In this document: one piece after another, positions 1 to 9,918 of the stretch
How the letters are laid out: each line of letters opens with the position of its first letter
How positions within the stretch are numbered: position 1 is the first letter of the stretch
Source of the DNA: Candidatus Acidiferrales bacterium
Lineage (GTDB): Bacteria > Acidobacteriota > Terriglobia > Acidiferrales > UBA7541
NCBI GenBank assembly: GCA_035650755.1
Contig: DASRHB010000003.1
Location: forward strand, 3,005-67,004
Direction of reading: 5' to 3'
Length of the DNA: 64,000 nucleotides
Program-made: the position numbers and the translations under genes
The notes under the pieces: model-generated
Databases searched by the model: none
The model's input: the letters and a program-made list of their open reading frames with translations, nothing else
What the model was told of the DNA's origin: nothing

Positions 1-540
1 GGCTTGCGTGCCCTCGAGCAGAAACTTGACTCGATTCCCAACCTGAACGTGCTTTATCTGCGCGCCGGCTACTTCATGGAAAACATTCTGCCGCAGGTAG
101 GTGTTATTCAGACGTTTGGAAAATTGGCCGGACCCGTGCGTTCGGATCTGGCATTGCCGATGATTGCCACGCGCGATATCGGATCAGTTGCCGCTGACTT
201 TCTCAATCGGCGCGACTTCCAGGGCAAGCAGCGGCGCGAATTGCAGGGAGCGCGCGACGTGACCTATGCGCAGGTGGCCAAGGTTGTCGGCACTGCGACC
301 GGCAAGCCCGATCTGGGTTATCAGCAACTTCCCGCTACACAATTGAAACCGGCGCTCACGCAGATGGGCATGTCTCCGAACATGGCCGATCTTTTGCTGG
401 AGATGGCGGAAGCGCTCAACTCCGGGCACATGCGCGCGCTCGAACCACGTTCGGCGCAGAATACCACTCCAACCACCATCGAGACATTCGTCTCCGAAGT
501 CTTTGTGCCCGCATACAGGGCAAAGGCCGCTCGCGGGTAG
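1..540 (+). CDS. NmrA-like / NAD(P)-binding atypical SDR protein, C-terminal part (5' end outside window)
   Basis: Frame 1 is open from base 1 to the TAG at 538-540. The translated C-terminal region (LYLRAGYFMENIL...PMIATRDIG...DVTYAQVA) resembles NmrA/HSCARG-type proteins. Confidence 0.6.
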   Translation, partial: GLRALEQKLDSIPNLNVLYLRAGYFMENILPQVGVIQTFGKLAGPVRSDLALPMIATRDIGSVAADFLNRRDFQGKQRRELQGARDVTYAQVAKVVGTATGKPDLGYQQLPATQLKPALTQMGMSPNMADLLLEMAEALNSGHMRALEPRSAQNTTPTTIETFVSEVFVPAYRAKAARG

Positions 541-546
541 TCTGCA

Positions 547-579
547 CCCCAACGCGCGCGAAAACAGCGTGCGTTGGGG
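547..579 (+). terminator. Stem-loop just after the NmrA-like ORF (possible terminator, no U-tract)
   Basis: 13-bp stem CCCCAACGCGCGC / GCGTGCGTTGGGG (one G.U pair) with loop GAAAACA, 7 nt after the stop. No T-run follows, so terminator function is uncertain. Confidence 0.3.
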
Positions 580-790
580 ATCGCATCTCTCTGACTCCCT
601 CCGGACCGATTTCTGTAAATCGGCGAAGCTTCCATGCGTCACTCGCTTCATCGCCTGTACGTCAGTACAGCTTGCATTTAGGCCATGTTCGGGCGCACCG
701 CAAGGCCACTCAATTCGTGAAGCCACTAAAATCGTCAGTAACCAGTTCGCATGGCTATAAGGGGGCGAGTGTCGCTCCGAGGAGCTTTCG

Positions 791-1564
791 ATGACGGCAT
801 TACTGAATAACGGAATCTTGATCTTGCTTCTCAAGGTCTACGCTGTCTTGTTTGTGCTGGGCCCGATTGTGTTGCGCGCGAGCTTCCGCTCCAAGGCGAA
901 GGTTAATCCTCAAATAGTCCCGTCGAATGCCTTGCCTGAGAACGTTCGAAATTTCATCGAGCCGCGTTTGCCGGGGTTGACGGGCTTGGGTTTTCAGCTC
1001 GTGGCTTACGTGAACGTCGGAAGCCTTGCGCCGAATACGCAGGCGTACATGGCGCTTTTGAGCAATTCGAAAACGTCGGAGTGGGCGGATGTAAGCGTCG
1101 TCACGGCCCGGACAAAATTGCGAGGGTATATCGAATTCATTACTCGATGTTCGGATGATTCGCAGGTGGATACGAATACCAACTCTACGGCGCCTGTGCT
1201 GTTTCCGTCCCCCAATTACCACGTCTTTCGTTTTCCGCAGATCACGGATGCATTCACGCTGTATCGCGCACACCAGATGCTCGTCCAGGAAAAACTCGGC
1301 GGATCGCGCCCAGAATTGCCTGCGCCGGGTCGGGAAATCACAGAATTGAAGCGGCGATTGGAACGCTTTGGTCCACGCCAGCAGGAACGCGGTTACATGT
1401 ACCTGGAAAAGGATGGCCAGCATTATCGGCTGACCTGGAAGGGGGCCATCTTGGGTGGGTGGCGCTCTGTTTGGCCGATCTCTTTATTGCGCGGCTGGTG
1501 GATGCAGAACCGCAGCGAGACGCGGCTTCGTTCGCTTGGCGTGGCAGCATCCCGCTCCGCATAG
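791..1564 (+). CDS. Hypothetical membrane-anchored protein
   Basis: 257-aa ORF with ATG preceded by GAGGAG at a 6-nt spacing. It has an N-terminal hydrophobic helix (GILILLLKVYAVLFVLGPIVL). No family recognised. Confidence 0.5.
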   Translation: MTALLNNGILILLLKVYAVLFVLGPIVLRASFRSKAKVNPQIVPSNALPENVRNFIEPRLPGLTGLGFQLVAYVNVGSLAPNTQAYMALLSNSKTSEWADVSVVTARTKLRGYIEFITRCSDDSQVDTNTNSTAPVLFPSPNYHVFRFPQITDAFTLYRAHQMLVQEKLGGSRPELPAPGREITELKRRLERFGPRQQERGYMYLEKDGQHYRLTWKGAILGGWRSVWPISLLRGWWMQNRSETRLRSLGVAASRSA

Positions 1565-1820
1565 AGCCTGGCGGCCTCGGCTGAATGTTGTAAGTCTTAC
1601 ACCGCGCCATGGCAGACTTTCTAAATAACAACCTGTATTTCTGTTCCGCTGATATTGCGAACACAGGTACTTACGGCTGGTCCACAGCTTGCCGTAGAGA
1701 GCGCTGCGGCTGGTCTTTCGGGTGGGGCATGGCTAGCCGCTCGCTTCCTTTCAGGGAAGCCATTCTGGCAAATGGATTCGTCGCGCTCTGTGCATCAGCT
1801 CTTGGGAGGAGCCTACTGCA

Positions 1821-2168
1821 ATGTCGAAAAATGAAGCACCATCGGGTGTGGACCAGGCATTTCTGCAAGCGGTCGCTCGGACTATGCAAGCCCTGGATGA
1901 GCATGTAAACGATTACATTGCCAGGCGTTTGGCGCAAAGTAATATTCGCACCGACGCAGCTTTGCATCTCTCGCCGCGCGAACGGGAGGTTTTTGGACTT
2001 CTCGTACAGGGACGTACCAACAAGGAGATCGCAGCACAACTGGGCATCAGCGAGAGCACTGCCAAATTTCATGTCAGTGCCATTCTTAAGAAATGTGGTG
2101 CGCGAAGCCGGGTGGATGTTGTGAGAGAGCATAATGTGTCGCCGGCGCTCGAAATGGTCGCCAGCTAG
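1821..2168 (+). CDS. LuxR/GerE-type HTH DNA-binding protein (no receiver domain)
   Basis: C-terminal LSPREREVFGLLVQGRTNKEIAAQLGISESTAKFHVSAILKKCG is a canonical LuxR_C HTH. GGGAGGAG lies upstream of the ATG. Confidence 0.8.
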   Translation: MSKNEAPSGVDQAFLQAVARTMQALDEHVNDYIARRLAQSNIRTDAALHLSPREREVFGLLVQGRTNKEIAAQLGISESTAKFHVSAILKKCGARSRVDVVREHNVSPALEMVAS

Positions 2169-2302
2169 GGGAACGGCCCGGCCAAGCCGGCCAAAGCTTC
2201 ACTTCAATATTCGAAAATAAGGCTGAAACCCGAGCTGGTACGTGCGCGTGAGTGCACTGCGTTGTACACTGCTGCCCAATATCCAACAGACTGGAGGAGA
2301 GC

Positions 2303-2806
2303 ATGAGTCCACGTCGAATGGCAGCCATTGTCGCTGCGATTGCGTGCCTCGCCTTGGCAACGCCCACGCTTCGTGCACAGAAGGGGAGTGAGGCCGATGC
2401 GGAGGCGATCAAACATACCGTGGCCATGTACACGGAAAACTTTAATGCACACGACCCGCATGCCATTGCCGCGCTCTTTACTGAAGATGCGGACTTCACC
2501 AATCTGCGTGGCGCAACCCACAAGGGCCGCGCCGATATTCAGGGCTTATTTGAGATGCTGTTCAATGGCGCCTTAAAAGCCGCCAGCCGTACCGATGCCG
2601 TCCGCACCGTGCGCTTTTTTACTCCCAATCTGGCGCAGGTTGATACCGACGCAACCATCGCCGGATCACGAGCACCCAACGGAAGGGAAAATCCACTGCG
2701 CAAAGGACTGATGAGCCTGATCATGGCCAAGCAAGGCGGCCAGTGGAAGATTCTCGTGTTTCACGAACTCGACTACCCGGAACCACCCGCCACCCCCGCC
2801 AAGTAG
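2303..2806 (+). CDS. Secreted SnoaL-like / SgcJ-EcaC (DUF4440-type, NTF2-fold) protein
   Basis: ATG at 2303 follows GGAGGAG. The signal peptide is MSPRRMAAIVAAIACLALATPTLRAQ. Body motifs (AIKHTVAMYTENFNAHDPHAIAALFTEDADF...GGQWKILVFHE) are typical of the SgcJ/EcaC NTF2-like family. Confidence 0.75.
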   Translation: MSPRRMAAIVAAIACLALATPTLRAQKGSEADAEAIKHTVAMYTENFNAHDPHAIAALFTEDADFTNLRGATHKGRADIQGLFEMLFNGALKAASRTDAVRTVRFFTPNLAQVDTDATIAGSRAPNGRENPLRKGLMSLIMAKQGGQWKILVFHELDYPEPPATPAK

Positions 2807-3059
2807 CGCCGGATCAACTGCGCATCCGGCCAGCGAGCATGCCGTTCAGGGCGGCAGTATCGCTGGCCGGACGGTCAGTTTCCTTCCCGGAAAGCCTGCC
2901 ACTCGCCACGATTGTTTTGCGCCTATTGCCGAAGCTAAAGTGATCGGGTGAGCCGGTACGGACCGGTCGCCCAGCACTCCCGTTCAAAGTAACAAAAAAC
3001 TTAGGTCTGACGGCCCACGCTTGCCGCGATGGCGTCGTCCGCACCCGAAGGTTCGGGCC

Positions 3060-5153
3060 ATGGATCTGGAACTTATAAAAGAGGAAAAGGTACTTTCGCG
3101 TCGATCACCGGTTCGCGCAGGAAAAGCGGAACTGGGAATTCTCATTGAAGAGCATGGGGCATGGGTTCAGTCGGGCGGAGCAGCGGGCCGGCAGGCAGAC
3201 CTCTCCCGCGTCAATCTGGAAGGCGCGGACCTCACCGATACGAATTTGCAGGGCGCCATATTGAATGAGGCAGTGTTGAAGGGCGCTGATCTGCTGCTTA
3301 CGGACCTTCAGGGCGCTAGCTTGATGCAGGCAAATCTTGAAGGAGCAAACCTGCTCGGCGCGCGGCTGCGCGATGCCAATCTGCAGGGGGCAAACCTGCA
3401 GAACGCTACTGGATTGCTTGCTGCGGAACTGGCAGGTACGAATCTGACGTTTGCCAAATTGCCTGCCGAAATGGGGACGGCCGAAGATTTGAAATATCTG
3501 TCGCGGCGCGGCAGGCACGCCAACTGGCTGGTTATCGCGTTTGTGCTGCTCAATGCGCTGGCTTTCTGGCGAATTATCACGGTTTCGGACACGCTGATCC
3601 TGCGGAACGCGGCCTTGCTGCCCTTCCCGATTTTGCGAAACGGTGTGCCGCTCGTGCAGTTTTTCCTGTTATCGCCGCTCGTGATCGGGGCGCTCTACTT
3701 GTGGTTGCACGTGTATTTGCAGCGCCTATGGGAGGTGGCTGCTTCGATGCCGGCAGTGCTCGAGAGCGGACGGCGGCTGGACCAGGCTATTCCGTGGATC
3801 GTGAGTTGGCCCGCGCGAAATTACTTCACATGGTTGCGAGCGAGACGCTCGGCTCTGGCCGGAGTGGAAAGGGCAGTCTGCATTCTTTTGCTCTATTGGA
3901 TGGCGCCTGCGACGATGATTTTGTTCTGGGGCCGTTATCTCACGCTGCAGGACGTCCGTGGAACAATACTGCACGCCCTTCTGATTGCTGCGGTCACCGC
4001 CGCGGCCATCCATTTTCCGCAAACCGCGGCGCGGGCTTTCCGCGGCCAAGAAGCGCATCCCCTCGTTAAAATCTCCGAACCATCTCCAGAACTGTCTTCC
4101 AGCGAGCAAACTGCCGCGACAACCTCCGTGTTATCTTCGTACTCCGCCGAGGCAAAACCCAGGACCATCAAGTTGCGATCGAAAACGGGCATGCCCGTAG
4201 AACTTTTGATCGGCGTCACTTTCGGTCTCGCACTGTGCGTCCTTTCCGTCGGCGCGATTGCCGGCGCTCCGCATGGCGGTCGCCAAGGGCAGGGAATCGG
4301 CGCCGCAAACCCGGTTGCCTGGGCTGCGGACGCGCTCTGGCTCGTTGGCTACGATCCTTTTGCACGTGTCAACGAGGCGGAAATCTCGAGGAAACCGGCC
4401 GGCTGGAACGATGCAGATGGAGAGATCAGCCGCGTCCAAGGTGCCTCCCTCAATGGTTTTAGACTGCGATATCTGCAAGCCTACGGCGCATTTCTCGTGC
4501 GCGCCCGATTGCGGCAGGCGGACCTGAGTTACGCTTCCCTATCCGAAGCCGACTTGCGTCAGGCGAATTTGCGCCAAGTGAAGCTGCGTTTCGCGGCACT
4601 CGACCAGGCGAAACTCGATGGCGCATCTTTGCAATCGGCCGATCTTGAAAAAGCGAACCTGATCCGCGCACAACTGCCGAAAGCGGATCTTTCGTTCGCG
4701 TCACTCTCGGGAGCCACATTACTGGACTCAAAACTGGACGGCGCGGTGCTCTACGGAGCGGATCTACGCAATTGCTGGCTCGAACGCGCCAGCCTCGAAC
4801 AGGCCGATTTGCGCCAAGCCAATCTTGAAGGCGCAAATCTCAAAGGCGCTGATTTGCGCGCTGCATATCTCTCGACGGCAAAAATGGGCGGAGCACGATT
4901 GGCGCAAGCGCAGTTGCCGAGCGCGATTCTGATGGGCGCCGACCTGAGGCATACGGATCTGAGCAACAGCAATTTGCAAAGCGCTGTTTTGAGCGAAGCC
5001 GACCTTAGCGGTGCCAATCTGCAAAATGCTGACCTCCGCGGTGTGGTGGGGCTGAAGGCAGGCCAAATTTGCGCCGCTGCTAATGCTGCCGCGGTGCAGT
5101 TGGATGATGCACTGGCAGCCGAAGTCAACTCGCGCTGCCCCGCAAACCGTTAG
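3060..5153 (+). CDS. Polytopic membrane protein with N- and C-terminal pentapeptide-repeat domains
   Basis: A(D/N)LxG-type pentapeptide repeats run at about aa 45-125 (ADLSRVNLEGADLTDTNLQGAILNEAVLKGADLLLTDLQGASL...) and over the last ~230 aa. About five hydrophobic helices lie between them. I prefer the ATG at 3060 over the TTG at 3021. Confidence 0.85.
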   Translation: MDLELIKEEKVLSRRSPVRAGKAELGILIEEHGAWVQSGGAAGRQADLSRVNLEGADLTDTNLQGAILNEAVLKGADLLLTDLQGASLMQANLEGANLLGARLRDANLQGANLQNATGLLAAELAGTNLTFAKLPAEMGTAEDLKYLSRRGRHANWLVIAFVLLNALAFWRIITVSDTLILRNAALLPFPILRNGVPLVQFFLLSPLVIGALYLWLHVYLQRLWEVAASMPAVLESGRRLDQAIPWIVSWPARNYFTWLRARRSALAGVERAVCILLLYWMAPATMILFWGRYLTLQDVRGTILHALLIAAVTAAAIHFPQTAARAFRGQEAHPLVKISEPSPELSSSEQTAATTSVLSSYSAEAKPRTIKLRSKTGMPVELLIGVTFGLALCVLSVGAIAGAPHGGRQGQGIGAANPVAWAADALWLVGYDPFARVNEAEISRKPAGWNDADGEISRVQGASLNGFRLRYLQAYGAFLVRARLRQADLSYASLSEADLRQANLRQVKLRFAALDQAKLDGASLQSADLEKANLIRAQLPKADLSFASLSGATLLDSKLDGAVLYGADLRNCWLERASLEQADLRQANLEGANLKGADLRAAYLSTAKMGGARLAQAQLPSAILMGADLRHTDLSNSNLQSAVLSEADLSGANLQNADLRGVVGLKAGQICAAANAAAVQLDDALAAEVNSRCPANR

Positions 5154-5180
5154 TTCCGTGAAAGCGTAAACCGACAGAAG

Positions 5181-7586
5181 CTAGTGCAGGTGGGAATATT
5201 CGGCGTGCGCCTTTTGCAAGATCGGAATGCCGGGGTCAGCATCCTTCCATAAGGCCAGGAAATCCTGATAAGCCATCCGGCTGCCACTGATATTGCCGGT
5301 GAGCGCCCGAGCCCGCGCCAGACCGAGCATCGCCAGAGCGCCCTGCGGGAAAACACCCACGAGGGAGCGGTGGTCGGCGAGTTTTTCGAATTCCGCTTCT
5401 GCCGCCTTACCGTTATTGGCGTGCAGGTAAGCTTCTCCGCGCAAGTAGGCGGAATAGAGAACGCTCGAATGTTCGGTTTTGGCCAGATCGTACGGCCGCG
5501 CTGTTTCCAGCAGACTCACGGCGGCTTGCGCGTTGCCGCGCGCCAATTCGGCCGCCGCACGAATTGTCGGTAGTTCCAGCGCGTTCAGCAGCGAGTCGGA
5601 AGGGAACCGGCCGGCTAGATTGTTGGCCATGGCCTCGGCGCCCGCGGCATCGCCGGATCGCGCGAGCGCCAAAGCTTCCGCGGCTTCCGCATCCGGGTCC
5701 TTGGCGCCATTCAAAGTCGAGCGAGCAAGTTGCCGACCCTCATCCACGCGACCGAAATCGGCTTCGATCAAAGCGGCAAGCATTTGCTCCTGCGCGGCAG
5801 CTTCCTTGCGGCCACGCCGGCGCGCAGCATCTTCCGCTTGTTCGAATAATCCCTCCGCGGCATGGAGCCGCCCGCTAGATGCGGCGGAGAGCGCCTCCAG
5901 CGTCATCATTTCGTGGTTGTACGGCTTATCGGCGGCTAGCGTCGCCTCCTGGGCCATCGTCTGTGTATCGCCTTCGAGAAAGGCGATCTCGTAGCGGCCC
6001 AGGTGAAAGTCGTTTGCGTCCAACCCGCGAGAAGCGGCCTCATCCAGCGCGGATTTGGCCTCATCGCTCCGATTTAATGCGACATAAGCGGACATCAGGT
6101 TTGAGTAAACGAAAGCGCTGTCTGGGTTGAGCCGGCGCGCGTCAATGAGTTCGGCGAGTGCTTTCTCCGGCTGCCCTAGGGCGTCGTAGAGCGCTCCGAG
6201 GTTGATGGCAGGGACGACATCGCGCGGATACGTGCGACGCCAGAGTTCGTAGATTTGAATACTGCGATCGAAATCATGAATGACGTTTTCGTAGTAATGC
6301 GACGAGATGTAGAGATTTTCCTGTTCGCTAGTGCGGTCGCGGCGGTCGAACGCCTTTTGTGTGTACTCGACCGAGAGAGCGTTCTCGCCCAGATTGGCGT
6401 ATTCCTGTCCCAGAACGGCGTAGGCCATGGCGAAGTTTGGATCGAGTTCAATCGCATTCTGGAAATAAGGAATAGACCCGGGCTCATCACCGCGGTTGCG
6501 CTCCGCTTCACCGAGCGAATACGCCTTCAGCCCTTCGAGTGAAGTGGTGGTGGCCTGTTCGATGGGCACATCGTTTTTCTGAATCGAGCTGAGCGATTCG
6601 CCCAGCTTGCGCCGGATTTCGGCCGCCGTGGTGTCAAGCGCTTTCAGCACTCCGCCCTTGCCGATCGCTTCGGCGCCGGCCCGGGCCAGTGATTCACCTG
6701 TGGCGCAGTTGGTCGCTTCGAGCAGCAAGGAATAATGATCATCAAGCTGTGAGATGGAGCCGGTGAGCATGGCCTTGCTCGATAGCCGCTGGCAAACTTC
6801 GCGTGCGGTTGCTGACGTCAACCGCTCGTCGGGCGAGCGGCCCATGAACCGCAGGGTGTCGCGCATGCGTTCGTCGGGAACAATATTCAGGAAGGGAGAA
6901 TCGATCAGCTTGACGGCCAGCGCTTGTCGCAGCGTGCTGTCGAAGACAGGATCGGCGGTCGAATTTGTGAATTCCGCCAGCACAATGGAGTCACTTTCGG
7001 TTAGCGCACGGGTGGGCCGCAAAAATGTGAAATACGCAGCGACTGCAAGCAGAACTGCGCCGATCGTTCCGAGCGCCAGCACCCGGCGCGAGGACATCCT
7101 GGCTCCTTCGACAGCAGGTGCGGGCATCTCGATTTTGTCCGAGACCGGTTTTGTGATCGGCTGGATCGACTTCGTGGTGGCTGACATGCTGCCATTCGCA
7201 GGTGCGGCAGATGTAGCCACTACTTGCGTGGGAGCTTCCACCGAAACGATTAGCCGATAGCCGCGCCGCGGGAGCGTCTCCACATAACGCGGGCTGTCTG
7301 CCGAGTCGCCGAGTGCATCCCGCAGGCGCGCCACGCCCGAGTTCACCCCGTGTTCGAAATCGACGAAGGTATCGCCGGGCCACAGCCGCGCACGCAGTTC
7401 CTCCCGCGTGACGACCTGCCCTGGGCGTTCCAGCAGCATCGCCAGAATCTGGAATGGCTGTTCCTGGAGCCGAACTCTCGATCCGCTTTTGCGTAATTCT
7501 CCGGCAGTCAGGTCGGCTTCGAAAATCCCGAACCGGACAAGCCGGGGTGACGGAGGGTTCCCCGCCTGTGTAGGTGTGGACTGCAT
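5181..7586 (-). CDS. CadC-like transcriptional regulator: OmpR/PhoB winged-helix DNA-binding domain, one TM helix and TPR repeats
   Basis: The N-terminus (FGIFEADLTAGELRKSGSRVRLQEQPFQILAMLLERPGQVVTREELRARLWP...LPRRGYRL) is a Trans_reg_C domain. A TM helix follows (VLALGTIGAVLLAVAAYFTF), then a long TPR-like C-terminal region. Confidence 0.85.
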   Translation of the reverse strand: MQSTPTQAGNPPSPRLVRFGIFEADLTAGELRKSGSRVRLQEQPFQILAMLLERPGQVVTREELRARLWPGDTFVDFEHGVNSGVARLRDALGDSADSPRYVETLPRRGYRLIVSVEAPTQVVATSAAPANGSMSATTKSIQPITKPVSDKIEMPAPAVEGARMSSRRVLALGTIGAVLLAVAAYFTFLRPTRALTESDSIVLAEFTNSTADPVFDSTLRQALAVKLIDSPFLNIVPDERMRDTLRFMGRSPDERLTSATAREVCQRLSSKAMLTGSISQLDDHYSLLLEATNCATGESLARAGAEAIGKGGVLKALDTTAAEIRRKLGESLSSIQKNDVPIEQATTTSLEGLKAYSLGEAERNRGDEPGSIPYFQNAIELDPNFAMAYAVLGQEYANLGENALSVEYTQKAFDRRDRTSEQENLYISSHYYENVIHDFDRSIQIYELWRRTYPRDVVPAINLGALYDALGQPEKALAELIDARRLNPDSAFVYSNLMSAYVALNRSDEAKSALDEAASRGLDANDFHLGRYEIAFLEGDTQTMAQEATLAADKPYNHEMMTLEALSAASSGRLHAAEGLFEQAEDAARRRGRKEAAAQEQMLAALIEADFGRVDEGRQLARSTLNGAKDPDAEAAEALALARSGDAAGAEAMANNLAGRFPSDSLLNALELPTIRAAAELARGNAQAAVSLLETARPYDLAKTEHSSVLYSAYLRGEAYLHANNGKAAEAEFEKLADHRSLVGVFPQGALAMLGLARARALTGNISGSRMAYQDFLALWKDADPGIPILQKAHAEYSHLH

Positions 7587-7846
7587 CAGGTGACCTTATA
7601 TCGGGAACGTCGATTCTAGCATCTTCGGTCAATTCAGCAGCCACAATCGCCGCGTGACCTCATATCGTATCTCACAGAATCATAGATGCTTAAGGCGTTA
7701 CCAATATTTTACCTTTCGTCCATTGTGGTACCCGCTTGTGCTGGGCACTTTAGCGCGGCGCCGGAACGCAAATCCCGGCACGGCAATGCAAGGAGTCGGC
7801 GAATTGGCCGCCCTGACTGCCGGATAACAGCGAGCAGGAGGACAAC

Positions 7847-8227
7847 ATGAAAAATGGGCATCGCGCAAATGGGTGGGTCTTGATGGCGATTTTAATGACC
7901 GCCAGCCTTTGGGCGGCGGCCGCCAATTCGCGGACGCTTTCTTTCCGGACCGCCGTGACCCTCAACGGGGCCGAAATGAAGCCGGGCTTCTACGTTGTGG
8001 AGTGGGTCTCCCACAGTCCCGAGGCGACGGTAACGTTTCGGAGAAACGGCCACATGGTAGCCACCGCTCCCGGCAAATGGGTTCAGCGGGAGATGAAGTC
8101 TCCGGCGGACGCGGTTGTTTATACGAATAACGCAGATGGTACACACACATTAACGGAAGTGAGATTTGCCGGCACCAAGCAGGTGCTCGTTTTCACTCCG
8201 GTCGAACTCAGTTCCAAGCAAAAATAA
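7847..8227 (+). CDS. Small secreted hypothetical protein
   Basis: 126-aa ORF with ATG after GCAGGAGGA. Signal peptide WVLMAILMTASLWAAAA. No family recognised. Confidence 0.55.
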   Translation: MKNGHRANGWVLMAILMTASLWAAAANSRTLSFRTAVTLNGAEMKPGFYVVEWVSHSPEATVTFRRNGHMVATAPGKWVQREMKSPADAVVYTNNADGTHTLTEVRFAGTKQVLVFTPVELSSKQK

Positions 8228-8290
8228 AGAAGTGCTTTACCGAGCCTTCACGATTTTGGTGGGGGCTCGAGACGGCGGGCCGCAGCGGCA

Positions 8291-9829
8291 TCAGCTCGCG
8301 CCTGTGGTTGTCCGCTCCGTTGCCGCCGACCAGGGTGCGAGCTTCCGCCAGAGGAGATTCCAGGCCAGCATCAGCGCGGTGACGGAGAGTGATGCGCCGC
8401 CGACGAGCAACAGAAGCACAGCGATATCCCAGGCAGGACGGTATTTGTACAGCCAGGGCAGATTCAGAGAATGCAAACCGTGATACAGCCAGCGATTCCA
8501 CCGCGAATGCGAGTTATAGCTTTGCACGATGCGCGCAGTTTTCGGATCGATGTAATACATCGAGTTCGCCGGATCGTTGAGCTGCACAAAAATCACAGGT
8601 AGCGGAAGCTCATTATTGCGGTCCAGGTAATACGATTCGTATTGCGTAACGGTGCGGAGGTCCGTGACGACAAACGGCCGCGCGGCTCGTTCCACGGTGG
8701 TCAGGATGCGCTCACGATCGAAATCGTATGCAGCGTGACCGAGCACAGGAACTACGCGCGTGTCATTCGGCCCGAGTACGGCCAGATAGGCGGGCTCTCC
8801 CGCGCAGGCAGTTAGGTCGAGCTCCTTTACTGCGGCGGTGAAAATGCCGGCAACTGCCGCCAGGGCGGCCTGCGGAGGCTTGGCAGTGAATACCTCGAGC
8901 GGCGGCATCTGCCGCAACGCGGACGAGATGCGCGCGCCAAGCCGGTCGCCTGAGCCCTCCTGCAGATTGGGGAACGGATCCATCGATAGCATGCCGCTGA
9001 AGGCCCAGGTACAGGCGAATAAGCCAAAGAAAAGGCCCAAAATAGCGTGCCAGCGCTTCTGTCCGTGATAAGGGAAGCTCGCAGGTGTGCCCTGGTAGCG
9101 GTAATTCCGTGAGGGCGAATACATCCATAATCCCACCGCGATACCAATGACGGCGGCAATGGCTCCGAGTCCGGAACTCCAGATAACAACTTGGCTCCAC
9201 TGCTGACCGCGCCTCCGCAGCGGGGTGAAGTAGAGCCAATGCGGAATCGCACCGAAATATGCCGCGAGGCGCGAGCCGTGCGTCGTATACTGCACGACTT
9301 CGCCGGTTACAGTGGAAACATAGACCTGCTGCCCGTCGGGCCAACTGTATTTGCGAAGCGGGCGCAGGTCCGCGAATTCTTCGGACACGGTCCATTGGTC
9401 TTCTTCCGTTTTGTCTTCTTCTCGTGCCGCGCTTGCGGGGTCGCCCGTCCATGCGGATGCAATGCGCAACGTCAGGTCCGGAGGAAACTCCTCCTGCATG
9501 TCGCCGGTATCGGCATAGACAAGGGCGATATCGCCAACCCCGAAATGGAAACGATATGCAGGCCGGCTGTCATAGGTAATGAGCTGCGCTGTGGAAGGTG
9601 TTCCATTTGCCCCCAGTTTGGCGTAAGCGTCGGCGGGCGAGAGTCGAATTCGCGAGCCGTCGAGCGCGGGCGCGCGGCTCAGCCTATCCGCCGCCGTCAC
9701 CTCGGGGTATTGCCAGTACATCATGACAATTCCAGAGGCGAACCAGATGAGGAAAAGCAGGCAGAAGCACACACCCATCCAGCGATGGACGAAAACCAGA
9801 ACTCGCCGAAATCGCGCCGCTTCGGCCAT
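8291..9829 (-). CDS. PepSY-associated TM-helix (PiuB-like) membrane protein
   Basis: The N-terminus (RRVLVFVHRWMGVCFCLLFLIWFASGIVMMY) and the C-terminal RWLYHGLHSLNLPW motif are typical of the PepSY_TM family. It has four or more hydrophobic helices. Confidence 0.8.
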   Translation of the reverse strand: MAEAARFRRVLVFVHRWMGVCFCLLFLIWFASGIVMMYWQYPEVTAADRLSRAPALDGSRIRLSPADAYAKLGANGTPSTAQLITYDSRPAYRFHFGVGDIALVYADTGDMQEEFPPDLTLRIASAWTGDPASAAREEDKTEEDQWTVSEEFADLRPLRKYSWPDGQQVYVSTVTGEVVQYTTHGSRLAAYFGAIPHWLYFTPLRRRGQQWSQVVIWSSGLGAIAAVIGIAVGLWMYSPSRNYRYQGTPASFPYHGQKRWHAILGLFFGLFACTWAFSGMLSMDPFPNLQEGSGDRLGARISSALRQMPPLEVFTAKPPQAALAAVAGIFTAAVKELDLTACAGEPAYLAVLGPNDTRVVPVLGHAAYDFDRERILTTVERAARPFVVTDLRTVTQYESYYLDRNNELPLPVIFVQLNDPANSMYYIDPKTARIVQSYNSHSRWNRWLYHGLHSLNLPWLYKYRPAWDIAVLLLLVGGASLSVTALMLAWNLLWRKLAPWSAATERTTTGAS

Positions 9830-9918
9830 TGTCAGCTCGGGCCGCAGATGTTAGCGCTGCGCTTTCAGCCAGAACAGCGCGAATTGCGAAAAATGCGAGG
9901 AATGGAGCGGCCTTCTTA

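Noticed and set aside
3180-5060. Periodic DNA repeats (GCnAAyCTG / GGCGCnGAyCTG-type) that could look like a tandem or CRISPR-like array
   Set aside because: The periodicity is 15 nt and sits entirely within the coding sequence. It simply reflects the pentapeptide protein repeats, and there are no spacers or non-coding context.
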